A stretch of DNA of 34,278 nucleotides, from the NCBI GenBank assembly GCA_021824055.1, contig JAKALV010000003.1, positions 1 to 34,278 on the forward strand, given 5' to 3'. The translations under genes were made by a program, and so were the position numbers. Positions 17,511 through 25,927 of the stretch are shown here, piece by piece; position 1 is the first letter of the stretch; every line of letters begins with the position of its first letter. Source of the stretch: Acidobacteriota bacterium (GTDB taxonomy: Bacteria > Acidobacteriota > Vicinamibacteria > Vicinamibacterales > SCN-69-37). The notes under the pieces are model-generated. The model did not search any database, was not told the DNA's origin, and worked only from the letters and a program-made list of their open reading frames with translations.

Positions 17511-17647
17511 CAAATTCTGCAATCCCCCAATTCCTCAATTCCTCAATTCCCCGATTCCCCGATTCCCCGATTCCCGATTCCCGATTCCCCGATTCCCGAT
17601 TCCCCAATTGGCAATCGAAGATTGCCGATTATCGATTCTCCGATTCA
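17511..17647. repeat. Array of about 18 degenerate 7-8 nt units (CGATTCC(C)/CAATTCC), reverse complement of the 16902-16991 array
   Basis: caattcct x2, caattccc, cgattccc/cgattcc x7, caattgg caatcga agattgc cgattat cgattctc cgattca. The last unit overlaps the PBP stop codon. Confidence 0.94.
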
Positions 17648-19990
17648 TCGATGGAGAGGGCAGTATTCCCCCGGCTCGGTCCCGGCGAGGAACGCCTCCC
17701 GGATGGTCCGGATGCAGCCCGGCGTGGCGAGCTTGCCGGTGTCCTTGTCGATGTCCACGAACACGAGCCCATCCGGCACGGTGAACGCCTTGTTGCGGTG
17801 TCCGGCGGTGGCGCGCTTCATGAACGCCGTCCAGATCGGCAGCGCGGCCTGGGCGCCGGTGAGACCGATCGGGTTGTTGTTGTCGAAGCCGACCCACACG
17901 GCCGTCAGCAGGTCCGGCGTGAAACCGATGAACCAGGCGTCGCGCTGATCGTTGGTCGTACCGGTCTTGCCGGCCGCGTCGAGCGTGAAGCCCGCCGTGC
18001 GCGCCGCCGCGGCCGTGCCTTCATTGAGCACGCTGCGCATCATGTTCAAGACCAGGTAGGTCGTGTCCGGGCGCGCCACCTGGCGGGCGGGCTCGGGCTT
18101 GATCTTCTTATCCTGGCCGTTTTCGCTGATCCGCGTGATGGCGCGCAGCGGGCGCACGACGCCACCGTTGTCGAAGAGCGTGTAGGCCGACGCCATTTCG
18201 AGCGTCGAGGCTTCGAAGACCCCGAGCGCGATGGACGGATACGGTTTGGCCGGCGAGCCTTCGCCGACCTTGGTCCAGAGATTGGCCACGCGGTCGTAAC
18301 CGGCCTGCTCCGCGACCTTGATGGCGACGATGTTGCGCGAGTGGGCGAGCGCGAACCGCAGGGTGACGGGGCCGTCATATTCGTTCTGATAATTGGTCGG
18401 CGTGTAGGGCTTGCCCTGGTCATCGATCCACGTGGTCGGCTCGTCCACTTCAATCGTAGCCGGTGTCAGGTCGTGGCTGCCGGTCTCGGCCATCTTCTCG
18501 AACGCGGCCAGATACACGAAGGGCTTGAACGTGGAACCCGGCTGCCGGCGCGACGTCACCGCGCGGTTGTACTGCGACTGGTTGTAGCCACGGCCGCCGA
18601 TCATGGCGAGGATGTCGCCCGTCGTCGGGTCGGCGACCACCATCGCCGCCTGCGCGATGTCTTTGCGCTTGCGCGCGAGCAGTTGCTTGTCGACCTGCGC
18701 CAGCCCTTCGGCGAGGGCCTCCTGCGCGAGCCGCTGCAGGTGGACGTCGAGCGTGGTGTAGACGTCCACGGCCGCATCCTTCTTGAGCAGGCCCGCGTAG
18801 CCGTCGTCGACGAGCTGGCTGACGTAGTCGACGAAATACGGCGCCTCGTTCTCCATGGCGCGCGCCGAGATGCCGATCGGCTCGGCCTGGGCTTTCGCCT
18901 TCTCCGCCGGCGTGATGAACCCCGCGTCGGCCATTTCCTTCAGCACGACATTGCGCCGTTCGAGCGCGCGCTCCGGATTGCGGAACGGCGAGAGGCGCGA
19001 GGGCGACTGGATGACGCCCGCGATCGTCGCCGCCTGGGCGATCGAGATGTTGCGCAGGTCCACGCCGAAGAAGATCCGCGAGGCCTCGGCGACGCCGTGG
19101 ATCTCGAACGGGCCGCGCTGGCCGAGCACGACCTCGTTCAGATACAGCTCGAGAATCTGATCCTTGGTCAGCCGCCGCTCCATCACGACGGCGATGAACT
19201 GCTCGGAGAGCTTGCGCCTGAGCGTCTTGGCGGGCGTGAGGAAGGTGTTCTTGACGATCTGCTGCGTCAGCGTGCTGCCGCCGGCCAGATACGTCTTGTC
19301 CCCGCGGAGATTGCGCACCAGGGCGCCGATGGCACCGATCGGATCGATGCCGGGGTGTTCGTAAAAGCGCTTGTCCTCGATCGCCAGCACCGCCTGGATC
19401 ATCCGCTTCGGAATCATGGCGAGCGGCACGTACCGCCGGCGCTCGCCGGTGGCCAGCGCGGCCAGCATGGGCGACTCGAGCGTCAGGCGGGTGAGCGGCT
19501 TGCCCCCCGCGGGCACGATGCGCGTGACCACCGCGCCGGCGCCGCGCGAGAAATCGATCTTGACCAGTTCCGGCGTGGCGCCGGCCTCCGCCTTGGTCAT
19601 CATTTGCAGGCTGGTGGGCGTGGTCGCGAATTCTCCCGGCTGCTCGGCCTTCGGCCGCTCCGAATAGCCCACGTTATTCAGGCGCGACCGCAATTCGGCG
19701 ACCGTGAGCGTCTGCCCCGGATGAATCTCAAAGGCGCGACCGAAGATCCGGGGCATCGGACGGTCCTCGCCGCCGCCGAGCCGCTTGTCGATCATGTGCC
19801 CCACGCTGATCCAGTAGTAGGTCGTGACCGCAATGAGCAGCACCGTGCCGACGCCGACGGCCCACAGCACTCGTTGCATCCACGGGTGCTGACGCCAGGA
19901 GCCCTTGGCTCGCGAGACGGCCGCGGCGCGGGGACGTGCCGGCGGCGTCTTCTTCCGGTCACTGGGCGGGAGGGGCGGACGTGTGGCCAT
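17645..19990 (-). CDS. mrcB: Class A penicillin-binding protein (transglycosylase/transpeptidase, PBP1B-like)
   Basis: N-terminal TM helix and UB2H-like segment. TG motifs EDKRFYEHPG, GGSTLTQQ, LELYLN. TP motifs STFK, SRN, KTG. Assignment to 1B rather than 1A is tentative. Confidence 0.9.
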   Translation of the reverse strand: MATRPPLPPSDRKKTPPARPRAAAVSRAKGSWRQHPWMQRVLWAVGVGTVLLIAVTTYYWISVGHMIDKRLGGGEDRPMPRIFGRAFEIHPGQTLTVAELRSRLNNVGYSERPKAEQPGEFATTPTSLQMMTKAEAGATPELVKIDFSRGAGAVVTRIVPAGGKPLTRLTLESPMLAALATGERRRYVPLAMIPKRMIQAVLAIEDKRFYEHPGIDPIGAIGALVRNLRGDKTYLAGGSTLTQQIVKNTFLTPAKTLRRKLSEQFIAVVMERRLTKDQILELYLNEVVLGQRGPFEIHGVAEASRIFFGVDLRNISIAQAATIAGVIQSPSRLSPFRNPERALERRNVVLKEMADAGFITPAEKAKAQAEPIGISARAMENEAPYFVDYVSQLVDDGYAGLLKKDAAVDVYTTLDVHLQRLAQEALAEGLAQVDKQLLARKRKDIAQAAMVVADPTTGDILAMIGGRGYNQSQYNRAVTSRRQPGSTFKPFVYLAAFEKMAETGSHDLTPATIEVDEPTTWIDDQGKPYTPTNYQNEYDGPVTLRFALAHSRNIVAIKVAEQAGYDRVANLWTKVGEGSPAKPYPSIALGVFEASTLEMASAYTLFDNGGVVRPLRAITRISENGQDKKIKPEPARQVARPDTTYLVLNMMRSVLNEGTAAAARTAGFTLDAAGKTGTTNDQRDAWFIGFTPDLLTAVWVGFDNNNPIGLTGAQAALPIWTAFMKRATAGHRNKAFTVPDGLVFVDIDKDTGKLATPGCIRTIREAFLAGTEPGEYCPLHR

Positions 19991-20046
19991 GTCGGCGAAG
20001 GTCAAGTGTACGCCGAGTGTCGCCCGGCACAGGCCGCCGGCGCGGC

Positions 20047-20075
20047 TTGACAGGGGATGAGGCCGGCACTACGGT
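20047..20075 (+). promoter_or_regulatory. Sigma70-type promoter of the ROK regulator
   Basis: TTGACA (20047-20052), 17-nt spacer, TACGGT (20070-20075). Supports ATG 20090 as the start. Confidence 0.6.
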
Positions 20076-20089
20076 CGTTTCGAACGCGT

Positions 20090-21262
20090 ATGGTCAGCTC
20101 CTCGACGCAACGATTTGATGGGCATGCCGGCACGGGGGCGATCAACGCGCGCCTCGTCCACCGCCAGCGTATTTTCGATGTGGTCCGCAGGTTCGGTCCC
20201 ATCTCACGCGCCGAACTCGCCAAACGGACGCGCCTCAGTCCGCCGACGGTATCGGCCGTGGTGGAGGATCTGGTCCGAGGCGTCCATCTGCTGCGGGAGG
20301 TTGGCGTCGGCGTGGCCCATCGGGGCCGGCCGCCGATGATGCTCTCGACCAATGCCGAATATGGATTCCTCGTCGGCGTGGACATCGGATCCCAAACGCT
20401 GCGCGTGGCACTGGCGGATCTCGAGGGCCGTGTGCTGGCCCGGCTCCGGGCGAAGACCGACGCCGAGTCGCGCGAAGGCGTGCTGCTCCAAATCGAGCGG
20501 TCGATTGAGCGGGTCTTCGCGGACGCGGATCGCGACCTCTCGAAGTTGTTTGCCGTGGGTGTTGGTGCCCCCGGCATGACCAACGTCAATGAAGGCCGCG
20601 TGATTGAGGCGGCGCACCTTCGCGGGTGGGTCGACGTGCCGCTGCGTGACCGTTTGCAGGGCCGGTTCAGCGCGCCCGTGCGCGTGGACAACGACGCGAA
20701 TATGGCGGCGCTCGGCGAGCGGTGGCAGGGCTCGGCCCGCGACATCGACGACTTCGTCTTCATCGCGATCGGCGCCGGCGTGGGCGCCGGCGTCGTCGTC
20801 GGCGGCCGGCTCCATCGGGGCCATCATTGGTATGCGGGAGAAGTCAGCCGCATGAACCTCGACTATCGCGACTGGCAGGTGGACTTCGGCCAGAGCGGAT
20901 ATCTGGAACAACGCGTCGGCGCCGGCGGACCGGGTGGCTGGAAGGCCGTCTTCGATGACGCGGCACGCGGCGACGCGGCCGCGACGGCGATGGTGGAGGA
21001 ACTGGCGATCTATCTGGGCACGGCCGTTGGCAACATCACCACCGTGCTCGACCCGGCGATGGTGGTTTTTGGCGGCGGCTTGAGCCATGCCGGCGCCTCG
21101 CTGATCGAACCGGTGCGCCGCGTTGTCGCGCGCATCGTGCCGAATGTCCCGGCGATCAAGATCTCGGCGCTTGGCGATGACGCCCAGTTGATGGGCGCCC
21201 TGTACTCCGCCCTGGAACTGGCCGAGGCCCGGCTGTTTGCCATCGCCGGGCAGGGCCCATAG
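20090..21262 (+). CDS. ROK-family transcriptional repressor (XylR/NagC-like)
   Basis: N-terminal HTH (ISRAELAKRTRLSPPTVS), GRPP, GVDIG, GVGAPG, DNDANMAALGE, GVGAG, GGG. Lacks the CxCGxxGC zinc motif. Confidence 0.93.
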   Translation: MVSSSTQRFDGHAGTGAINARLVHRQRIFDVVRRFGPISRAELAKRTRLSPPTVSAVVEDLVRGVHLLREVGVGVAHRGRPPMMLSTNAEYGFLVGVDIGSQTLRVALADLEGRVLARLRAKTDAESREGVLLQIERSIERVFADADRDLSKLFAVGVGAPGMTNVNEGRVIEAAHLRGWVDVPLRDRLQGRFSAPVRVDNDANMAALGERWQGSARDIDDFVFIAIGAGVGAGVVVGGRLHRGHHWYAGEVSRMNLDYRDWQVDFGQSGYLEQRVGAGGPGGWKAVFDDAARGDAAATAMVEELAIYLGTAVGNITTVLDPAMVVFGGGLSHAGASLIEPVRRVVARIVPNVPAIKISALGDDAQLMGALYSALELAEARLFAIAGQGP

Positions 21263-21270
21263 GGCGCTGG

Positions 21271-21300
21271 ACTTAATTAAGCTTGTTTATAAAATAGATT
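21271..21300 (+). promoter_or_regulatory. AT-rich candidate ROK operator overlapping the promoter of the TonB-dependent receptor
   Basis: ACTTAATTAAGCTTGTTTATAAAAT is strongly AT-rich in GC-rich DNA and resembles XylR/NagC-type boxes. TAAAAT at 21290-21295 could be the -10. Confidence 0.55.
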
Positions 21301-21456
21301 CCACGAGGACCCCGCTCCGGATGCAGAATGTCCCCAAGCGGTAATCCTGCTGCGTTTCTGAGCACCGGTTTTGGGCCCGGCCGGTGCCACCGCATACTGA
21401 GGCACCGGGTGGCGGATCGGCCGCGAACCCGCGTAGTGAGAGTCAAGGAGCATTGC

Positions 21457-24354
21457 ATGTTTCGTCGAATGATCGGGATGGTGGCGGCGGTGATGCTGGC
21501 CGGGGCGGTTCCGGCGGCGGCGCAGTCGCAGGCGACCAACGGCACGATTGAAGGTATCGTGCGCGACGCGTCCGGAGGAGTGCTGCCGGGGGTGACGGTG
21601 ACCGTCAAGAACGTGGACACCGGCCTGGAGCGCGTTGTGATCAGTAATGAAGCGGGCGCGTTTCGCGCGCCGCTGCTGCCACTGGGCGGATATTCCGTGC
21701 GTGCCGAGTTGCAGGGTTTCAAGAGTTTCGAACAGCAGGGTTTGTCCCTGTCGGCCGGTCAAACCGCCGTCGTCAACGTGACCCTCGCGGTCGGCAACGT
21801 GTCGGAAACCGTGACGGTGACGAGCGAAGCGCCCATCGCGCAGCCCGGAAAGATCGACCTCGGCCGAACGATCAACAGCGAGGAAATCCACAATCTGCCC
21901 CTGCCGTCGCGCAATCCGTACAACTTCGCGTTTCTCCAGGCCAACGTGACCGGCTACGAGAACAATGAGTTCGGCGTCCCGCGCATCAATGCCAATGGCT
22001 CGCAGATGCACACCAACTACCAGCTGGACGGCAACACGAACACCGAGAAGGACCGTGCCGGCCTCCGGTTGCTGCCGGTGTCCGAGGTGCTGGTGCGCGA
22101 GGTCAAGGTCATCACCAACGGCTTCGCGCCGGAATTCGGCCAGACGACGGGCATGGTCTACAACGCCATCACGCCATCGGGCACCAACAAGTTCAGCGGG
22201 TCGGCGAGCTACCGGTTCAAGCGCAACAACATGTCGGCGGCGCCGTTCTACCTCAAGGCCGGCGTGCGCAAGCCCGACACGGTGGCAGACGACGTGACGG
22301 CGACCTTGGGCGGTCCGATTGCAAAGGACAGGACGCACTTCTACGCCGCCTACGAATTCGTGAATCGCAGCCTCATCACGGGGGGGCAGGTCATCACGGT
22401 TGCGGCGGCCGACGCGGCGGCGCTGGGCATCACGCTGCCGGCCGACGGCGTCATTCCGGCGCATCAGCGCGTGAACTTCGGTTTTGGCAAGATCGACCAC
22501 GAACTGAGCAAGAATTCGCACCTCGCCGTGCGCTACTTCCTGTTCAAGAATTTCTCGCCGGCGAACATCGGCGGCGGTCTCACCACGCCGGATCGCGTGA
22601 CCGACTTTACGGACCGCATGGATTCGGCGTCCGCGCAGATGACGACGACCCTGGGCAAGACCTCGTTGAACGAACTCCGCGTCCAGTACGCGCGGCGGCA
22701 TCAGTTCCGCACGGCGGGCGCGACGGCGGCAACGGGGCCCGCGATCGTGGTGTCGGGCAAGGCCAATTTCGGCGGCCCGCGCGCGGGTGGCGGCAACGAC
22801 ATTGGCTTCGACTTCAACCAGGGCATCTGGCAGGTGGTCGACAACGTGTCCGTGCTGCGCGGCCGTCACGCCTTCAAAGTCGGCATCGATGCGCAGCTGA
22901 TCGCCGACGACCGGGTCAAGGGCGATCGGTTCATGTATACCTTCCCGACCATCGCCGCGTATCTCGCGGCGCAGGGCGGGACGAACAAGTACGGTTACAC
23001 GTCCTTGCAGCAGCAGTTCGGCAACGTCAGCGCGAGCTACAACTCGGGCTTCTACGGGTTTTTCCTGCAGGACGACTGGCAGGTCTCGCCGCAGGTGAAG
23101 GTGCTGTACGGCCTGCGCTACGATCTGTTCGACGTGCCGTCGGCGCGGCCGTTTGCGGCCAACAAGTACTCGCAGAATTTCGTGATCGACAAGAACAACA
23201 TCGCGCCGCGCGTGGGAATGTCCTGGTCGATTGACCAGAGCGCGCGCACTGTGCTGCGCGCTTCGACGGGCCTGATGTTCGAGCCGCCGCTGCTGGACTT
23301 CTACGACAACGCCATCCTGAGCAATGGCGATCCGGCCAGCTACACCGTGTCGGTCGCCGGGTCGGCCGCCGGTGCGCCCGCGTACCCGACCAGTCTCGCG
23401 GCGCCGCCGGCTGGGTTCGTCCTGCCGCGTCAGAGCATCATGGCCGTTGACCCGAACTTCAAGACGCAGCAGGCCTGGTTGACCAACGTGCAGCTCGAGC
23501 ACGCGCTGAGCAGCGACATCTCGGTGGCGGCCGGCTACGTCAATTCGATCGGTCGCAACCTGCCGGTGCTCGTCGACGTGAACCTGATTCCGACCGGGGC
23601 GACGCTCGGCGACGGGCGTCCGATCTACTCGACGACGGTGAGCGCGGCGACCCGCGTGGACCCGACGTTTGATCACGTCAACGTGTTTCAGTCAATCGGC
23701 GAGTCGACATACAACGCCGCCACGTTCACGTTGACCAAGCGCATGACGCATGGCTGGCAGGGACAGGCCACCTATACGCTTGCGCGCGGCACGGATACGT
23801 CGCCGTTGACGGGCAGCTATGTCGTCGCCAGCGGAGACGACCGCATGTCGGATCCGTCGAACCTCGCGCGCGACAAGGGCGTGTCGCCCTTCAACCAGAC
23901 GCATACGTTCGTCCTCTCCGCGGTCCTGGCGCCATCGATCAGCGGCAGCGGCCTCGGTGCGATGCTGGCCAACAACAACCAGCTCGGCATCATCCTGCAG
24001 GCCAATAGCGGCCTCCCGTTCAACGTGCGGTCGAACCTGGACCTCAACAAGGACGGCGTGACCAACGACCGGCCGCTGAACATCGACCGGAACACCGGCC
24101 GGTTGGGCAACGTGCTGAATCTGGATCTGCGCTACTCGCGGTTCATTCCTCTCAGAAACGGACGGAAGATCGAAGCGTTTCTCGAGGCCAAGAACCTGGG
24201 GAACCGGCTGAACGTGGCCGGGGTGAACCGCGTGGTGACCACGGATGCGGCCGGCGTTCCGGCGATAGCCATCGCGACGCCCGCGGTGGGCTTTGCCGGC
24301 ACGAGCGCCTACGATCAGCGGCTGGTGCAGGTGGGGTTCAAGTTTGTCTTCTAG
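21457..24354 (+). CDS. TonB-dependent receptor (Oar-like) with N-terminal carboxypeptidase-regulatory-like domain
   Basis: RBS aaggag at 21445-21450, signal peptide (..AAA-Q), G.VRD.SGGVLPGVTV, YQLDG, FAPEFG, FLQDDWQV, YGLRYD, NNIAPRVG, C-terminal FKFVF. Confidence 0.93.
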   Translation: MFRRMIGMVAAVMLAGAVPAAAQSQATNGTIEGIVRDASGGVLPGVTVTVKNVDTGLERVVISNEAGAFRAPLLPLGGYSVRAELQGFKSFEQQGLSLSAGQTAVVNVTLAVGNVSETVTVTSEAPIAQPGKIDLGRTINSEEIHNLPLPSRNPYNFAFLQANVTGYENNEFGVPRINANGSQMHTNYQLDGNTNTEKDRAGLRLLPVSEVLVREVKVITNGFAPEFGQTTGMVYNAITPSGTNKFSGSASYRFKRNNMSAAPFYLKAGVRKPDTVADDVTATLGGPIAKDRTHFYAAYEFVNRSLITGGQVITVAAADAAALGITLPADGVIPAHQRVNFGFGKIDHELSKNSHLAVRYFLFKNFSPANIGGGLTTPDRVTDFTDRMDSASAQMTTTLGKTSLNELRVQYARRHQFRTAGATAATGPAIVVSGKANFGGPRAGGGNDIGFDFNQGIWQVVDNVSVLRGRHAFKVGIDAQLIADDRVKGDRFMYTFPTIAAYLAAQGGTNKYGYTSLQQQFGNVSASYNSGFYGFFLQDDWQVSPQVKVLYGLRYDLFDVPSARPFAANKYSQNFVIDKNNIAPRVGMSWSIDQSARTVLRASTGLMFEPPLLDFYDNAILSNGDPASYTVSVAGSAAGAPAYPTSLAAPPAGFVLPRQSIMAVDPNFKTQQAWLTNVQLEHALSSDISVAAGYVNSIGRNLPVLVDVNLIPTGATLGDGRPIYSTTVSAATRVDPTFDHVNVFQSIGESTYNAATFTLTKRMTHGWQGQATYTLARGTDTSPLTGSYVVASGDDRMSDPSNLARDKGVSPFNQTHTFVLSAVLAPSISGSGLGAMLANNNQLGIILQANSGLPFNVRSNLDLNKDGVTNDRPLNIDRNTGRLGNVLNLDLRYSRFIPLRNGRKIEAFLEAKNLGNRLNVAGVNRVVTTDAAGVPAIAIATPAVGFAGTSAYDQRLVQVGFKFVF

Positions 24355-24356
24355 TT

Positions 24357-24400
24357 AAGGCAGAAGGCAAAAGGCAGAAACACGGCAAAAACAAAGGCAG
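24357..24400. repeat. Short heptamer array (AAGGCAG/AAGGCAA) directly after the receptor stop codon
   Basis: aaggcag aaggcaa aaggcag aaac acggcaa aaaca aaggcag. Confidence 0.7.
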
Positions 24401-24430
24401 ATGCCGGAAACGCCGGCGTCTGCCTTTTTT
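24393..24430 (+). terminator. Rho-independent terminator
   Basis: Stem aaaggcagatgccgg / ccggcgtctgccttt (one G-U pair), loop aaacg, ending in a T6 run. Confidence 0.8.
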
Positions 24431-24453
24431 GTATTATCCGAGAGGACCATGTT

Positions 24454-25908
24454 GTGAAGTTCGATTCCGAGTACGTGCGTATCGTTCTCAATGAGAACTT
24501 CGAGGACGCGAAGCGGTTGCTGCTCGACCCGCTGCTGGCGATCGACGAAGCCCATCTGGTGATGCTGGTCGACACGGGGATTGTGTCCAGGTCTGACGGT
24601 CGCGTCCTGCGCGACGCGATCGGCACGGTGGATGTCGAGGCGCTTCGGGCGGTCCGGTACGACGGTACCTACGAAGATCTGTTCTTCTACGTCGAACGTC
24701 TCGTCCGGGAGGCCTGCGATCCCGACATCGCCGGCCGGCTGCACACCGCGCGCAGCCGCAATGACATCGACATGACGATGTACCGGATGCAGCTGCGGGA
24801 GATGGTGCTGACGCTGCACGAGGCGACGCTGGCGTTGCGCGCCTCGTTGATCGGCGTGGCCGAGCGACACCGCGAGACGGTGTATCCCGCACATACGCAC
24901 ACCCAGCCGGCCCAGCCCTCCACCGTGGCGCACTACCTGCTCGCCGCCATCGAAGAATTGGAGCGAGACGGGCAGCGCCTGGCCGCGGCGTTTGTCTCGA
25001 CGAACCGGAACCCGCTTGGCGCCTGCGCCATTACCGGCACGGGATTTCCGATCGACCGCGACCGGACGAGCGTCCTGCTGGGATTCGACGGCCCGACCGG
25101 CAACACGTTTGGCAGCATCGCCACGGTGGACTACCTGCTCGAGAGTGCCGCGGCGGCCGCTGTCACGCTGGTGGGCGTCGGCCGGATGGTGCAGGACCTG
25201 CTGCTGTGGTGCACGATGGAAATGGGCTATCTGCGCCTGGCCGACGGTTTCGTGCAGACGAGCAGCATCATGCCGCAGAAGCGCAATCCCGTGGCGCTTG
25301 AACACGCGCGGGCGCTCTGCTCGAAGGCGTTTGCCCAGTCGACGGCCATCGCCATGTCGGTGCACAACACGCCGTTCGGTGACATCGTCGATACCGAGGA
25401 TGACCTGCAGCCGCTGGTCGCCTCGGCGTTTCGTGACGCCACGCGCGCCGTCTCCCTCGTGGCCGCGGCGATGGAACACGCAGAGTTCAACGTGGCGCTG
25501 ATGCGCCAGCGAGCCGGCCAGCATGGCGTGTCCATTACCGAATTGGCCGACACGCTCGCCCGCGAACACGGTCTGGCCTTCCGTCTGGCGCACGCCATCG
25601 CCGCGAAGATGGTCACGGGCCTCAGGGAGGAGCCGCAGACGCCGGTCTCAAGGCTCCTGCGGGACGCATCGCTCGAGATCGCCGGGCGGGCGATCGAGAT
25701 CGACGAAGCCGCACTCACCGCGCTGCTCAGCCCGGAGCATTTTGTCGCCGTGCGCCGCACGCTCGGCGGACCGGCGCCCGACGTCACCCATGCGGCGTTG
25801 GCCGCCTCCCGTCAGTTGCTGGAGCGGGACCGCGCAGAGGTGGCCGGAGTTTGCGAGAAGCTGGCTGCCGCGGCTCGGAATCGCAAGGCGGCGCTGAGGG
25901 CGCTCTGA
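24454..25908 (+). CDS. argH: Argininosuccinate lyase family protein
   Basis: LHTARSRND, HTHTQPAQP, NPLGACA, SSIMPQKRNP signature. RBS agagga. The N-terminus lacks the usual LWGGRF. Confidence 0.85.
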   Translation: MKFDSEYVRIVLNENFEDAKRLLLDPLLAIDEAHLVMLVDTGIVSRSDGRVLRDAIGTVDVEALRAVRYDGTYEDLFFYVERLVREACDPDIAGRLHTARSRNDIDMTMYRMQLREMVLTLHEATLALRASLIGVAERHRETVYPAHTHTQPAQPSTVAHYLLAAIEELERDGQRLAAAFVSTNRNPLGACAITGTGFPIDRDRTSVLLGFDGPTGNTFGSIATVDYLLESAAAAAVTLVGVGRMVQDLLLWCTMEMGYLRLADGFVQTSSIMPQKRNPVALEHARALCSKAFAQSTAIAMSVHNTPFGDIVDTEDDLQPLVASAFRDATRAVSLVAAAMEHAEFNVALMRQRAGQHGVSITELADTLAREHGLAFRLAHAIAAKMVTGLREEPQTPVSRLLRDASLEIAGRAIEIDEAALTALLSPEHFVAVRRTLGGPAPDVTHAALAASRQLLERDRAEVAGVCEKLAAAARNRKAALRAL

Positions 25909-25927
25909 TCCGGAATCGACAGGCGCG

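Noticed and set aside
17392-17607. Small ORFs over repeat arrays (17392-17607, 8295-8558, 8320-8508, 10146-10415, 13136-13327) and the pilT extension to 10213
   Set aside because: They are translations of tandem repeats or palindromes (GNRESGNRES, TLDPGPW, REEREGREE) with no independent coding evidence.
16902-17647. CRISPR array or diversity-generating retroelement
   Set aside because: Units are 7-8 nt with no spacers and no cas genes. Despite the Avd-like fold there is no reverse transcriptase or TR/VR pair in the window.
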